Shown one piece after another: positions 16,871 through 25,598 of a stretch of DNA of 28,084 nt. Both the position numbers and the translations under genes were made by a program. This DNA comes from Candidatus Rokuibacteriota bacterium. Lineage in GTDB: Bacteria; Methylomirabilota; Methylomirabilia; Rokubacteriales; DASRDR01. Under the pieces are notes generated by a model, which worked only from the letters and a program-made list of their open reading frames with translations, was not told where the DNA came from and did no database searches. Each line of letters starts with the position of its first letter. Position 1 is the stretch's first letter. The stretch covers positions 1 to 28,084 of the forward strand of contig JBIOTN010000025.1 in NCBI GenBank assembly GCA_044866005.1, given 5' to 3'.

Positions 16871-17740
16871 GTGGCCAGAGAGGCTGGGACGGTGGACGCC
16901 GGCCACGGAGAAGAGGCGGAGCACCCATCGGGAAACGGGCGCTTGATCCCCCGCGGGCCGGCCGGCGCGCGGGTCGTCGTGCTCTCGCGACGCTCGCCGC
17001 CGAGGTACTACTTCGTCAACCGGCTGGCCGAGCGCTGTCCGGTGCGCGGGATCGTGTTCGAGCGGGGGCGGTGGTCTCGCATCCCGCGGGCCGCCTGGAG
17101 GCGGGCGCGGCGGCTCGGCTGGTGGACCGTCGCCGGCCAGACCGCCTTCCACCTCTACGCCGCCGCGTACCGGCGGACCGCGGGCCGGCGGGATCTGAGC
17201 CGTCTGCTGGGCACCGAGCTGACCCGGGGTGTCCGGGACCGGTCCATCCCGGTCCTGGACGTCGAGGACATCAACGGCGAGGCGGTCATCGGGTTTCTGC
17301 GGGCACTCGGGGCTGACCTGCTCGTGGTGAACGGCACCTCCGTGTTGACCCCGCGGGTCTTCCGTTATCGACCCGAGGTTCAGGCGCTCAACTTCCACGT
17401 GGGGATCACGCCCGCCTACCGCGGCGTTCACGGCGGCTTCTGGGCCCTGTGGGAGGGCCGCCCGGACCGCTGCGGGGTGACCGTGCACCGGGTGGACGCG
17501 GGGATCGACACGGGGGAGATCCTCGCCCAGCGCCTGGTGGACGTGGACCCGTCGCGCGAGACCTTCTGGAGCGTGTACCTGAAGCAGGTCAAGGTCGGGG
17601 CCGACCTCATGATCGACACCCTCGCGCAGGTCGCGGCCGGCACGGCCCGGCCGATGGTGCCCGACGCCGGCCCGAGCCGCCTGCTCTACCACCCCACCCT
17701 GGCCGAGTACCTGCGATACCTGGCGAGACGAAGCCCCTGA
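16871..17740 (+). CDS. Formyltransferase (10-formyl-THF-dependent, Formyl_trans_N)
   Basis: NFHVGITPAYRG (N-x-H) and GVTVHRVDAGIDTGEILAQ; start uncertain (16871, 16892 or 16943). Confidence 0.88.
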   Translation: MAREAGTVDAGHGEEAEHPSGNGRLIPRGPAGARVVVLSRRSPPRYYFVNRLAERCPVRGIVFERGRWSRIPRAAWRRARRLGWWTVAGQTAFHLYAAAYRRTAGRRDLSRLLGTELTRGVRDRSIPVLDVEDINGEAVIGFLRALGADLLVVNGTSVLTPRVFRYRPEVQALNFHVGITPAYRGVHGGFWALWEGRPDRCGVTVHRVDAGIDTGEILAQRLVDVDPSRETFWSVYLKQVKVGADLMIDTLAQVAAGTARPMVPDAGPSRLLYHPTLAEYLRYLARRSP

Positions 17741-18648
17741 TGACCGACGGTCGCCGCCTGATCGTCAACGCGGACGACTTCGGCCTGACGCGCGGGGTCA
17801 ACCGGGCCATCGCGGACGGCTTTCGGCTCGGGACCGTCAGCAGCGCGTCGCTGCTCGCCGCGGCCGATGCCGCCGGGGACGCCGCGGAGGTGGCGCGCGC
17901 CACGGGGCTGGCCGTCGGCCTTCACCTCAATCTCACGACCGGGCGCCCGCTCTCCGCCGCGGAAGAGATCCCCTCCCTCGTGGACCGCGACGGCCGATTC
18001 TGGTCCCGGCGCGCGTTCACCTTGCGATCCATGAGCGGCAGGGTACGGGCGGCCGACGTGCGCCGGGAGCTGCGCCGTCAGCTCGACCGGCTCGAGCGGC
18101 TCGGGGTCGTGGTCGGTCACATCGACAGCCACCAGCACGTGCACGTCGTGCCGACCGTGTTTCGCGTGGTGGTCGCCGAGGCGACCGCACGCGGGTTACC
18201 CGTCCGCTACCCCTGGGAGCGCACCGTCGTCGGGGCCGCCGCGATGCGATCCCCCGCGCGGGTCGCCCGCAAGGCGCTGCTCGCCCTGTTCTGCGCCTCG
18301 AACCGGCTCGTGGCCAGGCGGGCGGGCGTGCGCACGCCGCGGAGCTTCCTCACGATCTTCAGCCTGGTCCCCCTGCCCCCCGCCTTGACCCTGGCTCACT
18401 ATCGGGTGCTCCTCGAGCGCCTGCCGCCGGGGGTCTCGGAGCTGATGGTGCACGTCGCCGACGTGGATCCCGAGTACCGGGCGCTCCAGCCGAGGATCGC
18501 GCGGGTGTGCGAGCAGGAGACCGCGATCGTCCTGAGCCCGGAGTTCCGTGGGTTGCTGGCCGACCTCCAGGTCGAGCTGGCGTCGTACGCGGCGGTCGCC
18601 GCCGGGGGCGGCACCATGCGGCGGGTGCCCGAGCCGCGCCGCCACTGA
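17740..18648 (+). CDS. ChbG/HpnK (YdjC) family carbohydrate deacetylase
   Basis: LIVNADDFG, VGLHLNLT, HIDSHQHVH, ELMVH; TGATG coupling to the formyltransferase. Confidence 0.93.
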   Translation: MTDGRRLIVNADDFGLTRGVNRAIADGFRLGTVSSASLLAAADAAGDAAEVARATGLAVGLHLNLTTGRPLSAAEEIPSLVDRDGRFWSRRAFTLRSMSGRVRAADVRRELRRQLDRLERLGVVVGHIDSHQHVHVVPTVFRVVVAEATARGLPVRYPWERTVVGAAAMRSPARVARKALLALFCASNRLVARRAGVRTPRSFLTIFSLVPLPPALTLAHYRVLLERLPPGVSELMVHVADVDPEYRALQPRIARVCEQETAIVLSPEFRGLLADLQVELASYAAVAAGGGTMRRVPEPRRH

Positions 18649-18662
18649 CGAGACGGTCGATC

Positions 18663-19733
18663 GTGCTCTCCCGGCCTCACGAGGCGCGCACGCCGGCACG
18701 GCTGCACCTCGGCACGCTGCGGCTCGCGCTTCCCGTCGGCCGCACCGGGCTCACCGCGCTGCTCCTGCTCGTCGCGTTCGCCGGCGTCTGCGAACTCCTC
18801 GCGCGAAGCCGCGTCATCCGGTCCCATCTGCCTTCCCCCATCATCAACGGCCACTACCAGATCGCGCGCAAGCTGGAGCTGCTGGACAGCCTGCAGGCGC
18901 GCGAGGGCTCGGTGGACTGCATCTTCGTCGGCAGCTCGGCGGTGCTGTGGGACATCAGTCCCGAGGTCTTCGCTCGCGCCTACCAGGCCGAGACAGGGCG
19001 CCGGATCACCTGCTTCAACTTCGGCCTCGCCGCGCTCAACGTGACGGGGGCCGGCCGGCTCTCGGAGATCCTGTCCCGGCGGTACCGCCCGCGGCTCATC
19101 GTGTACGGGACGAGCCTGCGGGACTACATCGAGGACCTCGGCTTCGAGCTGGACATCCCCTGGGCCCGCCATCAGCTCGGCGATCCCTCGGTGAAAGGCT
19201 GGCTCGACAGTCATTCGGCGTCGTATCGCCATTACCTGGCCCTGGCGCGCCTGCCCGAGCTCCGGAAGAACCGGCAGTACCGGCAGCCCTATTTCCCATT
19301 CGGCAACGCGTCTAATCGGAAGGTCGCGGACGTCCTCGTCCCGCCGAACCGGGACGTGTTCCCCACCCTCTACGATGCGATGGCCCGCTACCAGGTCTCG
19401 GCCGAGGCCCTCGTCGCCCTGCGCCGGCTCCTGTCGCTTCGTGGACCGGGCCGGACCGTGGCGCTCGTCGAGATGCCTCTGCCATCCTCCGTCATCCAGC
19501 TGCTCCCCAACGGCGAGCGCGACTACCAGGCGTTCCTGGACCGGGTCGGCGCCGAGGCCGAGGCCGGCCAGGCCCGCTTCTGGTCGATGGCCCGTCGGGA
19601 CCTGATCCCCCCGGACGGCTGGCATGACCACGTCCACATGAACTGGACCGGGGCGCAGGCGTTCAGCGACTGGCTGGGCCGGCAAGTGGGCCGGGCCGTG
19701 CGGGAGCGCGTGTTGGCCCTGCCGGTCCCCTGA
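18663..19733 (+). CDS. Membrane-anchored SGNH/GDSL-like protein (DltD/AlgJ-like acyl-relay partner)
   Basis: One N-terminal TM helix; FVGSS (block I Ser), FNFGL, D-x-x-H (DHVHMN..GA); start uncertain. Confidence 0.8.
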   Translation: MLSRPHEARTPARLHLGTLRLALPVGRTGLTALLLLVAFAGVCELLARSRVIRSHLPSPIINGHYQIARKLELLDSLQAREGSVDCIFVGSSAVLWDISPEVFARAYQAETGRRITCFNFGLAALNVTGAGRLSEILSRRYRPRLIVYGTSLRDYIEDLGFELDIPWARHQLGDPSVKGWLDSHSASYRHYLALARLPELRKNRQYRQPYFPFGNASNRKVADVLVPPNRDVFPTLYDAMARYQVSAEALVALRRLLSLRGPGRTVALVEMPLPSSVIQLLPNGERDYQAFLDRVGAEAEAGQARFWSMARRDLIPPDGWHDHVHMNWTGAQAFSDWLGRQVGRAVRERVLALPVP

Positions 19734-19757
19734 CGTCGGGCGGAGGCAGACGCCTAG

Positions 19758-21191
19758 TTGCAGATCGTCTCCTGGCCCTTTGCCGGCTTCGTGGCGCTGG
19801 TGGCGCTGGTCTACTATCCGCTGCCCCGGCGCCTCCAGAACGTCTGGCTGCTCCTCGCGTCTTACGCGTTCTATCTCACCTGGGCCTGGCAGGGCGCGTT
19901 GCTCCTCCTCGCCCTGACACTCGCCAACTTCGTCCTCGGCAGACGGCTCGATCCCGCCAGGCGCGCCAGAGCCGGCCTCTTGTGGGCGGGGATCGGGATG
20001 AACCTGCTCGTGCTCGCGTGCTTCAAGTACTCGGACTTCTTCCTGCCAGTGCTGCCGAGCGGCGGCGCGGGGCCGGCGGAGGCGGGCGCGGCGCGCCTGC
20101 TCCTCCCCGTCGGCCTCTCCTACCTGGTGCTCCAGACGATCTCGTACCTGGTGGACGTCCGACGCGGGCAGATGCGGCCGGCCGCCGACCTGCTGGACTT
20201 CGCCCTGTACGTCGCGTATTTCCCGAAGCTGCTCGCCGGGCCGATCGAGCGCGCCCGCTCCATGCTGCCCAGGCTCGCCGCGGAGAGGACGGTGGACAAC
20301 GAGCGGCTGGCGCGGAGCGTCACGCTGATCGTGGTCGGCCTGCTGCGCAAGGTCGTGATCGCAGACCAGCTCGCCGCGATCCTCTCGGACCGCTGGCTTG
20401 CCGGCTCGGCGGCCGGCCCGCTGGCACGGCTGGCCGTCGAGCCGGTCGTCTACGGCTTCTACCTCTACAACGACTTCGCCGGCTACACGGGCATCGTGCG
20501 CGGCGTGAGCGGCCTCTTCGGCATCGAGCTCGGGCCGAACTTCCAGCAGCCCTTCTTCGCGCGGAGCTTCACCGAGTTCTGGAGCCGCTGGCACATCTCC
20601 CTGTCCCACTGGCTGCGGGATTACGTCTACTTCCCCGTCAGCCGGGCGCTGCTCCGCCGCAACCCGAGCCCGCGCTGGCTGCCCAACGTGATCGGGCCGC
20701 CGCTGGTGACGATGCTCGCCAGCGGGATGTGGCATCGCGCCAGCCTCCCCCTGCTGGCGTGGGGCGCACTCCACGGCCTCTACCTGGCGGCCGAGCGCCT
20801 GGCCGGGCTCTGGCGGAGGCCGGTCCGGCCCGACCGGCAGCCGCGGTGGCGGCGGGCGGCCGCCGCGACGACGGTCTTCGCGCTGACGACGCTGGCTCTG
20901 CTCCCGTTCCGCGCGGGGCTCCGGCCCGGGCAGGAGGTCGAGGCGCTGGTCAGAACGGGGGCCGGAGGCGCGGCGCTCGGGTCCACCCCACTCCCGTGGC
21001 TCGGCTCCACGGCGCTGCTCTGGATCGCCCTGACGCTGGCGATCGACTGGGTACAATACCGCCATGCGGACGAGGCCGCGTTCCTCCGCTGGCCGCGCCT
21101 CGCCCAGGCGGGCGCGCTGGCCGCCGTGTTGCTGGCGATCTTCCTGGCTTCGCTCGGTACCATGGCAGGGTTCGTCTACCAGGGCTTCTGA
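19758..21191 (+). CDS. MBOAT family O-acyltransferase (AlgI/DltB-like)
   Basis: LPVGLSY..LQ.ISYLVD, FPKLLAGPIER, NF.QPF, EFWSRWHISLSHWLRDYVY, GMWH; C-terminal FVYQGF. Confidence 0.95.
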   Translation: MQIVSWPFAGFVALVALVYYPLPRRLQNVWLLLASYAFYLTWAWQGALLLLALTLANFVLGRRLDPARRARAGLLWAGIGMNLLVLACFKYSDFFLPVLPSGGAGPAEAGAARLLLPVGLSYLVLQTISYLVDVRRGQMRPAADLLDFALYVAYFPKLLAGPIERARSMLPRLAAERTVDNERLARSVTLIVVGLLRKVVIADQLAAILSDRWLAGSAAGPLARLAVEPVVYGFYLYNDFAGYTGIVRGVSGLFGIELGPNFQQPFFARSFTEFWSRWHISLSHWLRDYVYFPVSRALLRRNPSPRWLPNVIGPPLVTMLASGMWHRASLPLLAWGALHGLYLAAERLAGLWRRPVRPDRQPRWRRAAAATTVFALTTLALLPFRAGLRPGQEVEALVRTGAGGAALGSTPLPWLGSTALLWIALTLAIDWVQYRHADEAAFLRWPRLAQAGALAAVLLAIFLASLGTMAGFVYQGF

Positions 21192-21209
21192 ATCGGCCCG
21201 GCCTTCGTC

Positions 21210-21458
21210 ATGAACAGAGGCGAGATACACGACCGGCTCCGCGACTTCATCCGGCGGGATCTCCTGCGCAACCCCGACTACCCGCTGGAGGACGACGAGC
21301 CGCTGATCACCGGCGGCATGATCGACTCGTTCGAGCTGGCGGAGATCGGCGTGTTCGCCGAGACCGCCTTCGGCGTCTACATCCCGGACACCGACCTGAC
21401 GGTCGAGCACATGGACACGCTCCGCCGGATGGTCGAGCGCATCCTGCGCTCTGGCTAG
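21210..21458 (+). CDS. Acyl carrier protein
   Basis: Acidic 82-aa protein, GMIDSF phosphopantetheine Ser motif, FGVYIPD. Confidence 0.92.
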   Translation: MNRGEIHDRLRDFIRRDLLRNPDYPLEDDEPLITGGMIDSFELAEIGVFAETAFGVYIPDTDLTVEHMDTLRRMVERILRSG

Positions 21459-21466
21459 TGGGCGGA

Positions 21467-23158
21467 ATGGCCTCCCACGCGTCGCTGATCCAGCCGCTGA
21501 TCGAGCGAGCGCGCCGCGATCCGGACCGCCTGATGCTGGTGTTCATCGCGGAGGACGGCTCGGCGCGGCGCATCACGGCCGGCGAGTTCCACCGCGACGC
21601 CGTGGCCCACGCCCACGCGCTCCAGCGGGTGGGCATCCGGGCGGAAGACCTGGTCATCCTCGTGCTCGACCACTCGCCGGTGCTGCTGTCGGCGTTCTGG
21701 GGCGCTCTCTACCTGGGTGCGATCCCGTCCATCTTCCCGTTCCTCACGGAGAAGCTCGACCCGACCCTCTACATGGAGCGGGTGCGGATCCTGGTGGCGC
21801 ATGCCGGAGCGCGGGCCGTGATCACGTTCCCCGCGTTCAGGGAGCGGCTCGGCGCGCTGCTCGCGGGCCTGAGCTGTCGGGTGCTGGGCAGCGACGAGGT
21901 GCCGTTCGCCGGGGACGATCCCCCGGCGCTGCCCGAGGGCTTCGACGGAGCGAAGATCGCCTTTCTCCAGCACAGCAGCGGCACGACCGGCCTGCAGAAG
22001 GGCGTGGCGCTCTCCCACCGCTCGGTGCTCAACCAGATCGAGGCCTGCAGCCGAGCGATCCGCCTCGGCCCTGACGACGTGATCGCGAGCTGGCTGCCGC
22101 TCTACCACGACATGGGGCTGATCGCCGGCTTCGTCATGCCCCTCACGGCGGGCGTGCCGCTGGTGCTGATGTCTCCCTTCCACTGGGTGCGCGCCCCCGC
22201 GGTCCTGCTCCGGGCGATCCACGAGCACGGCGCCACGCTCTGCTGGCTGCCGAACTTCGCCTTCAATCACTGCGTCCGCACGGTCCGGGAGCGGGACCTC
22301 GAGGGCGTCGACCTGGGTCGCTGGCGGGTCGCGATCAACTGCTCCGAGCCGGTCCGTCACGCCAGCCACGAGCTCTTCCTGGCGCGCTTCGCCCCCTACG
22401 GCTTCCGGCGCGAGGCGCTGGCGACCTCCTACGGAATGGCCGAGAACGTGTTCGCGGCCACTCAGAGTCCGGTCGGCGAGCCGCCACGCGTGGACTGGAT
22501 CAGGATCGGGACCTATCAGCAGGACCACCGTGCCGTCCCCGCCGAGCCGGGCTCACCGGGGGCGATGCCGATGGTGAGCTGCGGCCCGCCCATCCCCGGC
22601 ACGGAGATCGCCGTGATCGGGGGCGACGGCGGCCGGCTGCCGGAGCGCTGGGAGGGCGAGATCGTCGTCCGCGGCACCTCGCTGTTCACGGGCTACTACA
22701 AGCGCCCCGACCTCACCGCCCAGACGATGGTCGGGGAATGGTACCGGACGGGGGACATGGGCTACCTCGCGGACGGGGAGCTGTACGTCTCCGGGCGCAA
22801 GAAGGACCTGATCATCGTCGGCGGCAAGAACATCTACCCGCAGGACCTCGAGGCGATCGCCAACGTCACGCCGGGGATCTACCCGGGGCGCGCGGTCGCC
22901 TTCGGCGTCTACGACGAGGCGCTCGGCACCGAGTCGGTCGTGATGGTCTGCGAGGTCGACGGCGGCGCCGGCCCGGACGAGCGGCGGCGGATCGCCGCCG
23001 ACCTGCGCCGGCGGGTCATCCAGCAGACCGAGGTCACGCTGGGCGACGTGCGGCTGGTCGGGCGGCGGTGGGTGATCAAGACCTCCAGCGGCAAGATCGC
23101 GCGGGCCGACAACCGCCAGCGGTACCTCAGCGAGCTCCGCCCCGGCCCCGGCGACTGA
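21467..23158 (+). CDS. Fatty acyl-AMP ligase (adenylate-forming enzyme)
   Basis: FLQHSSGTTGLQKG, SWLPLYHDMGLI, PNFAF, YGMAE, RTGDMG, GRKKDLII, KTSSGK; start ATG 21467 (or GTG 21458). Confidence 0.93.
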   Translation: MASHASLIQPLIERARRDPDRLMLVFIAEDGSARRITAGEFHRDAVAHAHALQRVGIRAEDLVILVLDHSPVLLSAFWGALYLGAIPSIFPFLTEKLDPTLYMERVRILVAHAGARAVITFPAFRERLGALLAGLSCRVLGSDEVPFAGDDPPALPEGFDGAKIAFLQHSSGTTGLQKGVALSHRSVLNQIEACSRAIRLGPDDVIASWLPLYHDMGLIAGFVMPLTAGVPLVLMSPFHWVRAPAVLLRAIHEHGATLCWLPNFAFNHCVRTVRERDLEGVDLGRWRVAINCSEPVRHASHELFLARFAPYGFRREALATSYGMAENVFAATQSPVGEPPRVDWIRIGTYQQDHRAVPAEPGSPGAMPMVSCGPPIPGTEIAVIGGDGGRLPERWEGEIVVRGTSLFTGYYKRPDLTAQTMVGEWYRTGDMGYLADGELYVSGRKKDLIIVGGKNIYPQDLEAIANVTPGIYPGRAVAFGVYDEALGTESVVMVCEVDGGAGPDERRRIAADLRRRVIQQTEVTLGDVRLVGRRWVIKTSSGKIARADNRQRYLSELRPGPGD

Positions 23159-23240
23159 CTGACACCTGCGCCACTCCCGGGCGCGGCCCGACGGCCGCGG
23201 GGCGCTGGCGCACCTGCCAGGTCCGCGCGTCCGAAAACAC

Positions 23241-23273
23241 GCGCGGGGTTACGGGCGCGCCGTAACCCCGCGC
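23241..23273 (-). terminator. Hairpin/terminator downstream of tRNA-Ala, between it and the converging cassette
   Basis: Perfect 14-bp stem GCGCGGGGTTACGG/CCGTAACCCCGCGC, then GTGTTTT on the minus strand. Confidence 0.7.
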
Positions 23274-23280
23274 CGACATG

Positions 23281-23356
23281 TGGTGGAGCTGAGGGGATTT
23301 GAACCCCTGACCCCGAGACTGCCAGCCTCGTGCTCTCCCAGCTGAGCTACAGCCCC
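23281..23356 (-). tRNA. tRNA-Ala(GGC)
   Basis: GGGGCTGTAGCTCAGCTGGGAGAGC...CT-GGC-AG...GGTTCAAATCC...CTCCACCA; 76 nt; G3:U70 pair. Confidence 0.97.
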
Positions 23357-23366
23357 GTTCCGGCTC

Positions 23367-23396
23367 ACGTTACCGTGCATGTCGAAACGTTGTCAA
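23367..23396 (-). promoter_or_regulatory. sigma70 promoter of tRNA-Ala
   Basis: TTGACA-N18-TAACGT, 10 nt before the tRNA. Confidence 0.7.
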
Positions 23397-23569
23397 GGCG
23401 AAGGCCGTCCGCCGCGCACCGAAGAAGCTGCGATCCCGTGGGATCGCCGCACGGTGAGGGGCCGGGACGGCGGGAGCGCGGAGGCGGGCCGGATGCGAAC
23501 CCGCCGGAGCGATGCGGCCGTGGGGGGAGGCGGGGCCGGCGCCCCGCCTCTCCTGGATTGCGGATTGTG

Positions 23570-23791
23570 CTAGCCGGACCAGCAGAACGTCGGTGAAAAC
23601 GTCGACCCGCCAACAGCCACGGCGAACGTGGACGTCCCCGCCAGCGCGTTCGCGGCCTTCGCCGTGTTCTCGCACACCGTCGAACTCGCGAACGGACCGA
23701 CGACCACCGCGTTCTCGGTGGCCGTGCCGAAGCCGGCCAACAGCAGGAAGAAAAACGCGAGCAGGATGATGCTCTTACGCGACGCCCGCAT
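23570..23791 (-). CDS. Small exported two-Cys peptide (hypothetical)
   Basis: Strong SD GGAGGTG; basic plus hydrophobic signal sequence; downstream hairpin GAGGCGGGGC/GCCCCGCCTC. Confidence 0.7.
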   Translation of the reverse strand: MRASRKSIILLAFFFLLLAGFGTATENAVVVGPFASSTVCENTAKAANALAGTSTFAVAVGGSTFSPTFCWSG

Positions 23792-23989
23792 GGTGGCTCA
23801 CCTCCCTCCTCCGGTGGCCTCCCGGAACTGCCCCGACCCCGGCGTCGGGGTGCCGCCCATCCTACGCGGATTCCGCATCCGCCGCCAGGGGGGTGACCCC
23901 GCGGGGCCGGGCCTCGCCGCCCCGTGCGCCCGACGCGGGTGGCGCGACGAGGAGCGAGCCTCCACAAACCCTGCTATCCTGGACCCCGC

Positions 23990-24076
23990 GCCGGGATGGC
24001 GGAACTGGGAGACGCGCCAGACTCAAAATCTGGTGGGCGCAAGCTCGTGGGGGTTCGACTCCCCCTCCCGGCACCA
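23990..24076 (+). tRNA. tRNA-Leu(CAA)
   Basis: GCCGGGATGGCGGAACTGG...CCAGA-CT-CAA-AA-TCTGG, long variable arm, GGTTCGACTCC, CCA end; extended -10 TGcTATCCT at 23972-23980. Confidence 0.97.
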
Positions 24077-24151
24077 CGCGCCTCGCGAGACGGCACGACC
24101 AGACCCCGGGACGCTCGCCGTGCGCGGCTCGCCCCCGCCGCGGAACCGGGA

Positions 24152-25591
24152 TCAGGAACCGGGCGGGGCGGCTCCGGTCGGGCCGGCGCCCGGCCCCGCC
24201 GCGCCCCCGCCACGACCCCGCCGCCGCCGGCGCCGCGGTCCCGGGGCGCCGGCGCCACGCTCCGCCATGCCCGCGACGCCGGTCCCACCGCCACGTTCGG
24301 CCTCGCCGCGCGGGCGAGCGTAAGCCGCGCGCCCCTCGCGCGGGGGCCGGCCCCCGCGCGGGCCGCGGCTGCCCATCCGGGCGCGCCGCGCGTCGCGCTC
24401 CTCCGCGAAGCGCCGGCGCTCCTCGGCGGTCGGCTTGATCTCGGGCAAGTACCACGCGTCGTCCGCCCATTCCACCCGGATCTTCTGCCCGATGAACCGC
24501 TCGACGGAGTCGAGGGAGAAGGCGCTGGCCTCGTCCACGAGGCTGATGGCCTTCCCGGTCGCGCCGGCGCGCGCCGTTCGGCCGATCCGATGGACGTAGT
24601 CCTCCGGGTCCTGGGGCAGGTCCCAGTTGTAGACGTGGGTCACGTCCGGGATGTGGAGGCCGCGCGAGGCGACGTCGGTCGCCACGAGGATCGGCAGCGT
24701 GCCGTCCTTGAATTCGGCGAGCGTCCGGAGCCGCTGGCGCTGGTCGAGGTCGCCGGTGAGCGCGCGCGCCTGGTGGCCGTTCCGCTGGAGCCGCGCCACG
24801 AGCCGCCGGACCTCCTCCCGCGTGTTGGTGAAGACGAGCACGCGCGCGCCGCGCTCCTGCCGCAAGAGGCCGAGGAGCAGGCTGAACTTCTCGTGCCGCC
24901 CCGCGTGGTAGAGCAGCTGCTCGACCTGCTCGACCGTCACCTGCTCGGGCGAGACGGTGATCTGCACCGGATTGTTCATGTACTCGTACGTCAGCTCGAG
25001 CACGCGGAAGGAGAGGGTCGCCGAGAAGAGGAAGGACTGCCGCGCCTCCGGGGGAGGGAGCCGGCGCAGGATCCAGCGGATGTCGGCGATGAACCCCATG
25101 TCGAACATCCGGTCGGCCTCGTCCAGGACGAGCACCTCGATGTGCGCCGGGGACCAGACGCGCTGCTTGAGGTAGTCGATGAGCCGGCCCGGCGTGCCGA
25201 TCAGCAGGTCCACCGGGCCGCGCAGGGCGTCTCGCTGCTTCGCGTAATCCACGCCGCCGAAGACGACGAGCGGCCTGAGCCCGGTGTACCGGCCGAGCAT
25301 CCGGGCGTCGGCCTCGATCTGGACGACCAGCTCCCGGGTGGGCGCGATCACGAGCGCGCGCGGGGCCGTCACCGTGCGCCGCAGCGGAGGCGGCGTCCGG
25401 AGCATGCGGGTGAACGCGGCGATCAGGAACGCCGCCGTCTTGCCCGTGCCCGTCTGGGCCTGCCCGGCGACGTCCTTGCCGCGGAGGGCGACCGGGAGCG
25501 CCGCTTCCTGGATCGGCGTCGCCGTGGTGAAGCCGGCGGCGCGGACGCCCTCGAGGACGGGGGCGGGAAGGTCGAGCTCGCCGAACTCCAT
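24152..25591 (-). CDS. rhlB: DEAD-box ATP-dependent RNA helicase, RhlB-like
   Basis: AGQAQTGTGKT, PTREL, TPGRLID, DEAD, SAT, RGLHIP, HRIGRTARAG; Arg/Gly-rich tail. Confidence 0.92.
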   Translation of the reverse strand: MEFGELDLPAPVLEGVRAAGFTTATPIQEAALPVALRGKDVAGQAQTGTGKTAAFLIAAFTRMLRTPPPLRRTVTAPRALVIAPTRELVVQIEADARMLGRYTGLRPLVVFGGVDYAKQRDALRGPVDLLIGTPGRLIDYLKQRVWSPAHIEVLVLDEADRMFDMGFIADIRWILRRLPPPEARQSFLFSATLSFRVLELTYEYMNNPVQITVSPEQVTVEQVEQLLYHAGRHEKFSLLLGLLRQERGARVLVFTNTREEVRRLVARLQRNGHQARALTGDLDQRQRLRTLAEFKDGTLPILVATDVASRGLHIPDVTHVYNWDLPQDPEDYVHRIGRTARAGATGKAISLVDEASAFSLDSVERFIGQKIRVEWADDAWYLPEIKPTAEERRRFAEERDARRARMGSRGPRGGRPPREGRAAYARPRGEAERGGGTGVAGMAERGAGAPGPRRRRRRGRGGGAAGPGAGPTGAAPPGS

Positions 25592-25598
25592 CAGCGGC

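Noticed and set aside
18399..21410. 1003-aa minus-strand ORF and other long antisense ORFs (e.g. 10446-12971, 5883-7886)
   Set aside because: Stop-poor shadow frames of real genes in high-GC DNA, with no recognisable motifs.
19982..21466. 1058-aa ORF suggesting a large NRPS-like fusion
   Set aside because: The N-terminal ~495 codons are an off-frame shadow of the MBOAT and ACP genes; the real ligase starts near 21467.
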